DNA from: Octopus vulgaris
Taxonomy: Eukaryota
DNA length: 64,000 bases
Assembly: GCA_951406725.2 (NCBI GenBank)
Contig: OX597816.1
Span: forward strand, 105,028,001 to 105,092,000
Direction: 5' to 3'
Shown: positions 15,620 to 27,984 of the stretch, one piece after another
Layout: each line of letters opens with the position of its first letter
Numbering within the stretch: the first letter of the stretch is position 1
The notes under the pieces: model-generated
Database searches by the model: none
The model's input: only the letters and a program-made list of their open reading frames with translations
What the model was told of the DNA's origin: nothing
Program-made: the position numbers and the translations under genes

Positions 15620-16792
15620 GTGTATGTATGTATGTATGTATGTATGTATGTATGTATGTATGTATGTATGTATGTATGTATGTATGTATGTGTGTGTGCG
15701 TGCGTGCGTGCATGCATGCATGAATGAATGAATGAATGTGACACACTCTTATAGACATTTTGACATAAATGCGGATGGGTAACATCTCGTCTGTAAGCAG
15801 ACCAAGGTCAGATCACGTCCTAACCGCTAAAAGACGTTATGGTCGACATGCTTGAGTTCGTCAAACACGATCAGGCTCGTCTAGTCGAATGATTAATCGT
15901 CTTGAAAAAAATTGTTGTTCATAGTTTTGTTATACACAAGTATGTTGAATAAAACATGGTAAGCAATATTTTTTAATATTTTGTTTTTAATCTTTTTAAT
16001 TTTGAGACATGAAAAGTGTGATAGTAATATTTTTTCATCGCCGTGTACCACAGAACATAAACATAATTTAGAGCAACGAATCAACCAGATAGCTCTTATA
16101 TGTATTTAAGTGCATCAGCTCATATTCCCCCAGAAACACACTGTAAGTGTTTTTCACTGGCCTTAGTCATTGTATCTCGCAGATACATAAAATAATCACT
16201 TCGCTCCTTTTTATTCATTCCTGGGCGATTCATATAATAGCCATTCGTGATGTCTACAACTGTTATATGCTATGTGGTTAAATTACTAACATGCCTTAGT
16301 CAAATGAGTAGGTTTCTTTAGTTATCGTAGAAGCAAATAGTTATCACAAAAGTTAGATGTCCTATGAAGGAATTCGAGTATAGTATTCTATAGTTTAAGG
16401 GAGTACACCTGGTATACATTTCTTATTTACTAAATTCACATTGGCGTAATGTAACAACTACGATTATCCGTATGGTCATTTTGTACTAGCAGTCAATAGC
16501 TAACTCGCTAAGGGAAAGTAAAGTTTTACTGCCTAAGTTCATGTGCTTCAAGCTACTCAGTAGCCATTGAAATGTATTTAAGCTATCTAACTCAATATAT
16601 TCCACCAGCAGAGCAGTTTGAAGGTATTTTCACTAACTTTCTAGAATAGTTATTTCTCGGCAATATTTGAAGTGACTGCTTCACTCTTTGCGAATTTATA
16701 TATCTAGTGACTCGTAATGTCGTCATCAGGGCTAAATTTGGTGGCTACGTTAGTCAATTACTTAAGTTCAATAAAGGTTTCATTCATTGATA

Positions 16793-17225
16793 TCACAGTT
16801 TAAAATGCCTTTCATAACAAGTCCAAGTTTCACTGAAATACAACAGGCATGGTAAGACAAATGGTTTGTAAAGAGCCAGCTTTGTATTTTTATTTATATG
16901 TCGCTGGCACCAAACGCGTGACTCCAAGCCACCAAATGCTTTTGCTGCCCTTTGAATTCGCAGCTCTATTTCTGTATCAAGATTTCCATCATTTTGAACA
17001 GAGCTTCCAAGGTAGACGAACGAATCGACAATCTCAAGTAACTTTCCTTTAACAAAAATTCTAGAGAGGTTACTAACAGCACCACACGCAGGTTGATGCA
17101 TTACAACTGCTTTTTTCAAGTTGATGGTCAAGCCAAAATCATCCTAAGCTGAGTCAAATACAAATACAAGAGATTGCAGACCTGACAAGATCGCAACCGT
17201 CAGCATACAAAAGTTCCCTAATGAG
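16793..17225 (-). pseudogene. RTE-clade LINE reverse transcriptase C-terminal fragment
   Basis: ELLYADG (YADD) upstream, then LTINLKK...VDSFVYLGS...DTEIELRIQRAAKAFGGL...TKLALYK..VLPCLLYFSETWT. Confidence 0.9.
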
Positions 17226-17239
17226 TGAAGGTAAAATTT

Positions 17240-17333
17240 AATCGTTACTAAATGTGACTGAGGATACCGAATCACTTACATTATTTCTAGCGATGTAGGT
17301 GATTCCGCGCCTCAGTCACATTTCATGACGATT
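17240..17333. repeat. 94-bp imperfect palindrome
   Basis: aaatgtgactgagg / cctcagtcacattt and gaatcacttacat / atgtaggtgattc arms. Confidence 0.85.
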
Positions 17334-17334
17334 A

Positions 17335-17912
17335 TCTTAATATATAAAATCCGTTCTATCTGTCTGTTTGTGCGCTTATATAACTCGAGTATTGTTCATC
17401 CGATCGCACTGAAATTTTAAACATAGATACATCTAAAAAGATTTTCAAAATTGTTAGTTTCAAAGTGACAATCGCTATTTTTGTAATCTTTATGTCCTGT
17501 TTGTTCCGCCATTAAAACAACCATCTCATTGGTTCCCAGTTACCCACAAATGAACAACCACAGTTCCTCTAAATTTACTTTATGAGTGATGTAGGACAAC
17601 ATACCCGAAGGACGTCTCAACATTTGAGATGATGGGTCGTGTTAGACACAGCGCCGACTGCTGCAAAAGAGAATATATCCACTGACAGCTTCTCGGGGCG
17701 TTCAAAAATCACATAACCCCCACAGGTTAGGGCCTGAAATACTCCAAACGGACGCATAGCAAGTTGCTTAGTCGATTTAACCCATCATTTATTCCACAAA
17801 TGTTTTGTTGTCAATGCTGCATTTTCCCATATCACTTCTTTCAACATAACTGTAATATATTATTTACAAACTATGCCATTTTAATCCCGAGCAACGCCGG
17901 TGTCTCTGCTAA
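17335..17912 (+). mobile_element. Non-autonomous Helitron
   Basis: 5' A^TCTTAATATATAAA then tctgtctgt; 3' hairpin cccgagcaacgccgg then CTAA^T (CTRR); inserted between A and T. Confidence 0.8.
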
Positions 17913-18017
17913 TTTATATGTATATATATATATATATATCATATCAAAAGGGAAATGGAATTTAATTAAATTTAATATTCAATCAAAATTTACATTTCCA
18001 GTGGTCTATATACATAC

Positions 18018-18058
<41 letters not shown>

Positions 18059-18063
<5 letters not shown>

Positions 18064-18643
18064 CGTAAGGGGGATCAGCCATCTGAATGTGGCTAGGGAC
18101 AGGGTGGGGTGGTGGGGGTGTTACTGATGCATTTAGCCCCAGGCGATCATCGACGTCGCCAGAAGGACCGACACCATCACGGTGTCCTTGCTAGCCTGTA
18201 AAGGGAGATCAGCCTCACCGAAGATACGGATACTACATACGGACCGGTTTCGAGGTAATTGCCTCTTATCAACGTATGGTAAGCACCGTTCTTCGATGAG
18301 GGACTCTCTCTGCAGGCTGCATATATAAGGATTTTCACAGTAACCACAGTCACTGATGTAGAAAAACCGTTCGAAAACAATAATAAATCTCTGAGCAAGG
18401 TATAAACAGTAACTGCTCTATAACGTAAGGGGGATCAGCCATCTGAATGTGGCTGATCTCCCTTTACAGGCTAGCAAGGACACCGTGATGGTGTCGGTCC
18501 TTCTGGTGACGTCGATGATCGCCTGGGGCTAAATGCATCAGTAACACCCCCACCACCCCGCCCTGTCCCTAGCCACATTCAGATGGCTGATCCCCCTTAC
18601 GTTATAGAGCAGTTACTGTTTATATCTCGCTCAGAGAGTTTAT

Positions 18644-18646
<3 letters not shown>
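18059..18646 (-). mobile_element. Non-autonomous hammerhead-carrying retrozyme/PLE-like element inserted in (TA)n
   Basis: Direct repeat 18059-18094 = 18419-18454 (360-nt period); 18451-18645 is an inverted copy of 18059-18214 plus 18381-18418; internal hammerhead; (TA)n on both flanks; no recognisable coding sequence. Confidence 0.75.
18213..18301 (-). ncRNA. Type I hammerhead ribozyme, U3:A8 core variant
   Basis: Minus strand reads cauacg UUGAUAA gagg-caauua-ccuc GAAA CCG GUC cguaug (18278-18236): 6-bp stem I, 4-bp stem II, palindromic minimal stem III (ACCGGU), GUC cleavage triplet. Stem I extends past an internal loop (ccucaucgaaga-acgg / ccgu-a-ucuucggugagg). Confidence 0.85.
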
Positions 18647-18716
<70 letters not shown>

Positions 18717-18830
18717 TATATACATATATACATATATATGGTCTCTCTCTATATATACATATATTATATATACATGTATATATATTATATATGCATGTAT
18801 ATATATTATATGTATACACACACACACTGA

Positions 18831-18904
<74 letters not shown>

Positions 18905-21900
18905 TATATACATAGATATCTATATATATATATATATATATAAATAACATGATTACATGAATATATATATATGTATATTTATATAAATGTTTATATGTGT
19001 GTGTCTGTCTGTCTCTCTGTGTATGACAGTATGCATGTATATAGGTTGTGTGTGTGTGTGCGTGTGTGTGCGAGTGTATGCGCGTGCATGCATGCGTACG
19101 CGTGTGTGTGCTTGCAAAATAAAAGAAAAGAAAATGTAAAAGATGGTAATTAAAAGAGAAATCAAATAATATTAAAATGAATGTATCAATGAATACATGA
19201 ATAAAAATGGGAGAATAGGAAAATGGAAAATAGGAAAAGTAAAGGAGAAAAATAAAATAAATAGCTAAGAAATACAGAAACAGCGAAAAATAAAACGAAG
19301 AGAATATTATGATTGAGGTAGGAGCAGAAGATTATTAGATTGGAAGAAATATCTTCCTTTTTCAGTTCTATAAATTTGGTTATTGAATTGTTTCTATAAT
19401 AGGACAAGTCATGTGATTTTCTCTCGCCATTGAAATTAGAAGCTTAGAATTATGTCAAATACAGTAACAATTATCTCGGCTTGCTTTCATATCTCGCATC
19501 CCCATAGTACAGATGTATTGTTGGCTAATAGCAAATGGTTTCATCGAGAGCGCAATTCTATTCTAGGCGTCAAATAAGATATTCCCTTCAGACGATATCA
19601 GAAAACCAGATGTAAGCAGATGTGGAATTTAACAATTTCTTGTTTTTCCACTTCGAATTTTTTTCTTTTATTCGCTGTTCATTTCCGGGAAAATGACAAG
19701 CTCTTGCCTGCTCCGGGTCTAGCCGTTAGTTAACACGTATCCTGGAACGAATACACCGGTGTAACTGTCACTTATAAAAAATATTCCTCTTTAAGAGTGT
19801 TAGAAAAATTTGTATTATAATTAATTCTTATATACGTAAGCTCCTCAGTACATTAACCAACAATATTTCAAACCACACATTGAGTGCACCAATCTTGCTC
19901 ATATCTTTGTATTCCAATCCAAGAAGGGTGCAACGAACAACGGACTCAACAACAAAATTATAAATTGGGAAGATTTTTCAAAGTATTTTCTCTAATTTGC
20001 CTTTCAAATCAGTCTCTAATTTTAATTTGTCCTCCTCAATGCCGTCAGAAATTACACAATATCAGTCCAAAACTCTCAGTGATACTCATCAAACAACGTA
20101 ATAAATGAGGAACACGTGTAGTTAAATACTTGTTGCAGGGAATATTTCTTGGCCTTTGCAAAGATACAAAGTCATAATGCATCAGCTCAAAGAGCAAAAT
20201 TCAGTTTCTTAGTAATTTTAAAGAATTTATCAACAAGCAACACATGTAGATAAATTCTGGTATGGGGAGTTATTTTTTAGTCTTTCTTTTGGCCAAAAAA
20301 TGCCCTGTAAAAGATGAAACACTGAGTGGTTTTACATTACATCACTATGCGCTATGATGACAAATCCCGCCAGAGTCTTCGCTGAATTCCATCCCTCCGA
20401 AATCGATAAAATAATAAAGTGCCAGTCATGAACTGATATTTTATTATTTGTAATAATTTGGTCAATGAAATAAACTTAAAATTCGCTATTTCTTGTGTTT
20501 ATATTTTTTTAAAATATTTTTCAAGGAGCACGATACACACCTTGATGAATTAAATTGGGAAGGTGTTTCTGTTTAACTCGAGACTCAACTGCGATGAAAT
20601 GTAAAGTTTATACTGATAAGAATTGAACTCAGTACCTAAAAAGTCGAATAAAATACAAGACATTTTTCTAGTACTCTAATGATTCTGTCATCCTACTACC
20701 CTTTGAAATTTTGTAATAAAGATTACTTATATGTGTGCTAGACCACAAATTTTGGGGGTGGAACCAAAACTTGACAGAAGTATAAAATGAAAACTCTACA
20801 TCCACGGTGATCGAACACAGAACATACAGAGAAGTAATTGTATAAAACAAAGTTTTTAGTTCGAAGCTCTACCGAGTGTTCCATTCTGCAACCCTTGAAA
20901 TTCTATAATAATTATTTGTTCATAACAACCAATAAGTATCGTAACTAACAGTTAACTCATAATATTTCGAACCAACTATCTGTCAGCATGAGTCCATGGG
21001 GAATCCAGCTAAAGCAGCGGGGACACTGTATAGTCAACAAACACGTCATTGACTTAGTATGCCGTGCCCAATTACCTTCATGAAATGACAGAAGGCTACG
21101 ATGAAAGTCTTGCAGCGTTTCTTCGCTTAAATCACTTAATAATGAAACACTGCTTTACACAACATTATTTTCAGTATCCTGTGTAAGCTGACATGTACAG
21201 TTTAATGTAATAATGACTTGGCAGCGTATTCCCGAGATGGCATTGTTTCTTACAAAGAGTGATATAATGGATTAGATTATCATGTGAAAATACTCCAACA
21301 AAACGTCATATTACTTCAAAAGCGTTTGAGCAAATTTCTGAGATTTGTCACTAAGCGACTTTATAAAAGCAGTATCTTAACTTGAAATAGCTGAAATATA
21401 TAAATTTTTCTTTTTCTTTTTTTTTTTTTCATCGGAGGTAGTGTCGGAAACTACAAAATATCCTTTTGTAACACTTTATTCTATTAATCGTTTTTGCTTT
21501 TGTTTTGAGCTGGAATTTAAGTCAGGTTCTGTTTTATCACTTTCAATATTTCATATGCTCTATGGTTTAAAGAAAGATTCTATTATAATCCTAGTGATAG
21601 AAAATAAAACGTGAATATTTATCAAAGAGATATACGATAGTGAATGCATATATGATGCTTGATTATTACTAAGATATTTGACAATTATTCATCTAACTGA
21701 TTTCATCTTAAAACATTATTGTAAAATTTAGTTGCACACTTTTAATTTCATGTATCTAGTTTTGCATTTAAGAAGTCTTATATTGTCTTCTTTATTAATA
21801 AAGGACTGTGTTTCAAATATGCATTTACATGTATCTCATTCACTTAACCGACTCGATGGATTTAAGTTTGAATTACCCAACAAGAAGACAACAAATATCA

Positions 21901-22564
21901 CTACAATGAGATATCTTCTCTGTCGAAACTATGAGGGAACTACAACAGCAAGCTAACGAGGAAGTCTGCTTGACTGCTTGATATGTTAGAATTAGCAGCC
22001 AAATCGTTTTCAGATCACACGCATTGCAGACCCTTATCAGTTTTATCGAAACAATCTGATTTATTTAGCAAAACATTTTATGTATTTTGAGTTCAAAGTT
22101 TCAGAAAACTATACCATTATACTTTCTCTTCGCTATCGCTTCTTAGTTATCGTTGTTAAACCAATACACTGATGTGTTTTTATAATGTACTTGAACACAA
22201 TTATTTCTCAAAACTGATTTTAAATAATTTCAAATCACATTATACTATATTACCACAAGTTTGTCAAACTTCAAAGATAGCACACTTTCTAATGAACAAT
22301 CGTTCTTACTTCCTCCAAATTTTGCAAAGTTTCACATAGAAAACCTAATGATGACTCTGTCAACAAGGCCCAAGCTTGTCTATATAATTTATACGCTTTG
22401 GAGAATTCCTGATAACTGTAAATACAAAGTGCATAACATCTCTAAAAAGAAGCAAATAGCTGCTGTAAGATTCGGTTTATTTCACATCATTAACCTTTCA
22501 AACTATTCATACGTGTATATTTGTATACATTCTACACATACCCACATGCAAACACACACGCTCA

Positions 22565-22630
<66 letters not shown>

Positions 22631-23224
22631 TGCACACGCGCATGCAAACAATCATATGCATACATGTATGCATATATATATTTGCTGGAATGTGTGCTTA
22701 TATTTATGTCTGCGTGTGTGAGTGCGTATGTATAAGTATATGTATTCTTCAGAGTTTTGTCTCTGTCTCCTGATTTTTGAATTATATTAGCGTAAACGTA
22801 TTTCGTGGACTGTTCCATTGTATTTTATTTCAGCTCTATTTTTGTACATCATTATTTCTTTGTATTCTCTCTTTTCTTTTTTACTTTCTTACTTGACATT
22901 TGGATTCTTCTGGTCAACGAATTGACGTTAAAACATATAATGAGAACGCTATCCCTTGATAAATAGCCTTGTCAAGTATACGAACCTGGAAGAATAAATA
23001 TGGCCCGTCTTCAGTGAATGAGCCAAAGAAAAGAGTGGAACAAATGTAGTTTTCCAAAGAGTTGTTTCAGGAAATATTCTCCTGTCATTAAGTTTTCTCG
23101 ACATCTCTTAATACTTTTCAAAATGCCCATCATTCTACTTTGGTTAATGTAGTAAATACATCAGATGTTTCCAAAACTGAAGAGTTATTAAATATTTTAT
23201 CATACACCGTATATATAATACCTG

Positions 23225-23260
<36 letters not shown>

Positions 23261-23455
23261 TGTATGTATGTATGTATGTATGTATTTATATATGTATGTA
23301 TGTATGTATGTATGTGTGTGTGTGTGTGTGTGTGCATATGTATGTATAAAACATTTCTGAAACAAACAGTATAGATCGGCATATATTGCTTTACTTCCGT
23401 GTAGATATATTAAATATTACACTTAGAATTATATTTACATATACATGCGAGTGTG

Positions 23456-23517
<62 letters not shown>

Positions 23518-23532
23518 CATATATATGCATAC

Positions 23533-23564
<32 letters not shown>

Positions 23565-23584
23565 TCGTGTATGAATAGATAAAC

Positions 23585-23625
<41 letters not shown>

Positions 23626-23678
23626 TTATATTGCATGTATGTGCGTTTGCATGTGTGTATGTATATATGTATCTATGC

Positions 23679-23722
<44 letters not shown>

Positions 23723-25078
23723 GTGTATATATATGTAGATGTATATATCATATATATATATATTTGCAGACGCACAGGCACACAAACGCACACACATGAA
23801 CGCACACACAAATACACACACACACACACATATAAACTGAATTTGTTCCTTTTCCTTCTTTTGCATTGATTTTTCGCACACACACACATTCACATACACA
23901 AACAATACACATACACACACTTCATAGTTTTAATTTCTCGTTAGTTTTCTTCACGTTTGTTCCATTTTCCTTTTCTGTTGCTTGACATTTATCGTTGGAA
24001 TTGTCTCATTTCGAAGATCGTGAGCTGTTTGAAAATGTGTAATGAATCCGTAATAACAACTGATTCTCTACCATTAAAACTCTTCCTTGTTCTGCTCTTG
24101 TTCTTTTTGTTGTTGTTGTTCAGGATCTTGTTGCGGTAGATGATGTCGTTACTAGTATTGCTGTTCTCCTCGTTTTCGTTGTCGTCGACTTCGTTGTTTT
24201 AATTATTTGGTGATGTTTTTTGTTTTGTTTTTTTGGTTTTCTTTTTAATTGTCGTTGTCATCGTTGTTGTTGTTGTTGTTGTTGTTCTTATGTTTATTGA
24301 TTGCCAGGAACGGTTGATTTCAAAATGTACAACAAAACGAACATAATTGCTCGTCCGCAATAGCCAAGAATATATTTCTTCAAAACCCGCAACGAATATT
24401 ATCTCGCAACCATTAGAGAAAATTAAAATTTCATTTTATTCAAAATTTTTCTAATTTTTTTCATAGTTTTCTGATCGTATCATCATCATCATCATCATCA
24501 GCAACAGCAGCAGCAGTATTAGTAGTTGTTGTTGTTGTTTTGGTTCTGTTGTTATCTTATTACTGCTCTTCTTTGGGGGTTTATTTTTGCATTCATATGT
24601 TTTGTTGATGTTTCAGTAAATTAATATTTACTGAATAGTTTTTTTCTTCTTCTTCTTGTGTTGACGCTTTACCGGCCCTGACCGAACAGATCTATCGTCT
24701 AAAGTATTTCACCCGTGACCATTCCTCCAGATCTTCAACAGACGTATGGCATCTTGGAGTAGAGTATCTAAGACGATTCAACCTGCCCTTAGCTTACAAG
24801 GTGTGCTATAATGGAGATATGTCTGTTGTTTCGTTAACAAGCTTCTGTTATGCAAATTAGCCTAGGTATTACAAATAAGTTCTGGTTAAATAGTGATTTA
24901 CTATTATTCTCTTCTTTGTAAGGAAAATATGAAGGTACTGGTCTTCTGATTAATGATCAAAGAACTATGAGACACGTCAGGATAATCGCCATTGTTTTTT
25001 GGAGTACAAAGCGGATAACTAAATATCTTGACATCTGTTTAAAGATTCACACCGAAATGCTTAAACTGTATATTAATT

Positions 25079-25309
25079 TATTTCTTTATTACCCACAAGG
25101 GGCTAAACACAGAGAGGACAAACAAGGACAGACAAACGGATTAAGTCGATTTCTTCGACCCCAGTGCGTAACTGGTACTTAATTTATCGACCCCGAAAGG
25201 ATGAAAGGCAAAGTCGACCTCGGCGGAATTTGAACTCAGAACGTAACGGCAGACGAAATACGGCTACGCATTTCGCCCGGTGTGCTAACGATTCTGCCAG
25301 CTCGCCGCC
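25079..25309 (-). mobile_element. SINE family A, full length
   Basis: Reverse complement of the 3052 family; TSD aaactgtatattaatt on both sides. Confidence 0.9.
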
Positions 25310-25376
25310 CTAAAACTGTATATTAATTGCTTTAAATTTATCATGTGTGTTTGTGTACTTATATATGCACACACAT

Positions 25377-25470
<94 letters not shown>

Positions 25471-25479
25471 GCACACAAA

Positions 25480-26185
25480 TATAGGGTACCCGAAAGTAAC
25501 CGGAAACGTTCACTGTGGAAGCCACTTGATGCGACTCTCGGGCATTAGCCTGCCGACCGGCATCGTCCTGTGAGATCTTACTGCCGCATTGCGCGTCTTT
25601 GTTTTGCATTGCTTCTCCCCCTATTCGTCGATTTTTCAACTACGGCTGAAACGAAGGGACAGCGTGCTTCCGTGAAATTCTGTTTTCTGCTGAGGAAAAC
25701 GGCAGCCGAAACATTTGTCATGCTTCAAACAGTTTACAAGGACGCTGCCATGAGCAAAACACAAGTTTACGAGTGGTTTTCACACAATAGAAATGGTCAC
25801 TTGTCGCTTGAAAACCAACCTCGTTCAGGACAGCTGTCGACCACCCTAATGAATTGAAACATCAGGAAAATTCATGAACTGATCTTGGAGGACCGTCGCC
25901 GAACAATTGACGGATTTGTTGATATGACCGTTGTGTCCTGGAGCTTCTGCCAACGAATTTTGAGCGAGGAATTGCGAATGAAAAGAATTGCAGCAAAGTT
26001 GTGCCTCGCTTGCTCATGGAAGATTAAAAGCAGTCACCACTGAATGTGTGTCGTGAACTGAAAGAACAGTTGGAAGTTGATCCAGACCTTTTTTCGAACA
26101 TTATCATTGGTGACGAAAGCTGGTGCTACGAAATTTTCAGATGTGGAAGAGGTGAAGAAAAGAACGACGGAGGCATTGGAAACTT
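25480..26185 (+). pseudogene. Mariner transposase relic, internally deleted
   Basis: QRASVKFCFLL.KTAAETFVMLQ.VY.DAAMSKTQVYEWF...PRSG; IIIGDESWCY joined to the C-terminal KFSDVEEVK; TA plus TIR-like start. Confidence 0.9.
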
Positions 26186-26499
26186 CGGTTTATTTGAAAT
26201 TGTTTGTTCTTTTATCAACTGTAGAACGCTATGTAAATAAAGCTATAAATATAGCGCGTAGAAATCCTTTGAAAAGTTTTATCTATTTCGTGATCTACAA
26301 TGAAAAAATATCGAATTATTTTACGTCTCTGGAAGATTCTAAATTACCTCTGGTAAGAACAAATCTTCTAAAATGGATGGAGATATTCGAAGCATTGTGT
26401 TGGCCCAATTGTAGAAAGTCTCTCGTGTTTACATGAGATATGTGTTTCAGTCCCACGGGCATCCTTTGAAATTTTGCTTCCAAAAGGTTTTTCCTGGGA

Positions 26500-26695
26500 G
26501 AATCATTAGCAGGCCGGGTGAAATGCATCGCGGCATTTCGTCCGTCTTTATGTTTTGAGTTCAATTTCTGCCGTGGTCGACTTTGCATTTCATCCCTTTG
26601 GGATGGATAAAATAAGTACCATTTGAGTACTGGAGTCGATGCAATCAACTAACCTCCTCTCTGAAATTGCTGGCCTTGTGCCAAAATTTGAAATT
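26500..26695 (+). mobile_element. SINE family A, older subfamily (ccttgtgccaaaatttgaa tail)
   Basis: Same head and core with a different 3' tail; more diverged. Confidence 0.8.
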
Positions 26696-27100
26696 ATTAT
26701 AGCTTTATTTGCTTCAAGTTCTACAATAAAAAAAATATTCATGCATACATCGAGAGAGAGGTGAGAGAGAGACTGAGGCACCCATTCCAAATACTCAATA
26801 GTATTTCTTCAAAGACAGAAGCACTTTTTGAACTTTTAGAGGCTAAAACTCTAACTAGTAAGTACAGCATACATATTTCATACTTGAGATTACTGTATTA
26901 TATTCAAACTTTGGAAGCAAAAAATTTCGATATAAAGGTAAGCCAAAGCATTTATTGGGCATCTGGAAAAGTGTGTCAGGAAACTTGTTAGCCGAATTTC
27001 GAATTATGTTTTCGATGCAGTGAGCAGACATGCGTGCGCACACAGGCATGCAGATATACACTCGAGTACAATATGTTAACGTGCATGCAACCATAGATAC

Positions 27101-27173
<73 letters not shown>

Positions 27174-27177
<4 letters not shown>

Positions 27178-27732
27178 ACAATCAAGGAACGGCCATAATA
27201 GGCCATTCACCCACTAGAAATAACAGCCAAAAGCTTTAACCGCAAAATAACATTAATTCCGTAAACCAGAGAAAATTGAAAAACGTTTACCCTGTAATTT
27301 CTTAGACGATGCACCGTTTCATCTACCGTTTAATGGTAAACTAACCTGATTAAATTAAATCAGCCAATCCACCATAGGCCCTTAGACTCATCAGTAAGAA
27401 ATAGCCAAGTCGGAACAGATATTTTTCACGAGGCATTCCTCTTGCTACCTCGGCAATATCTGACCTAAAATTTTCAAATCGTCGCACTCCGAAATTTATC
27501 GGCAGCAAATAAATACCCACTAGAAATAACAGCCAAAAGCTTTAACCGCAAAATAACATTAATTCCGTAAACCATAAGAAAATTGAAAAACGTTTACCCT
27601 ATATATATTGATTAACTAAGTGCGACGATTTGAAAATTTTAGGTCAGATATTGCCGAGGTAGCAAGAATGGCCTATTATGGCCGTTCCTTGATTGTTGAT
27701 GTTGAATTTAAAAATGGTTTATATTGATTAAT
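27174..27732 (-). mobile_element. Second hammerhead-carrying retrozyme/PLE-like element in (TA)n
   Basis: Direct repeat 27209-27293 / 27515-27600 (306-nt period); inverted pairs 27174-27208 / 27666-27700 and 27440-27488 / 27619-27667; (TA)n flanks. Confidence 0.7.
27297..27402 (-). ncRNA. Type I hammerhead ribozyme with long stem II extension
   Basis: Minus strand: auuucuua CUGAUGA gucua ...long hairpin... uagau GAAA CGGUGCAUCG UC uaagaaau. 8-bp stem I, canonical core, near-palindromic stem III, GUC triplet. Confidence 0.85.
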
Positions 27733-27984
27733 TATATATATATATATATATATATATTCTTGGAAGTATATGTGTGTGCATATAAATATGTGGATGTGTG
27801 TGCGTAATAAAATATCTGGCTCAGGGATACGTGTGGAATAAGAGAAACACACACAGAAGACACAGACAAGTTCAAAGTCCATATCAGTTATCGACTAAAT
27901 ATCACCAGAATTTACACACGCGCACACACACACATATATTCATATATTCACGTTGTCTATAACGATTTTTTTTTAAAAATCAAT

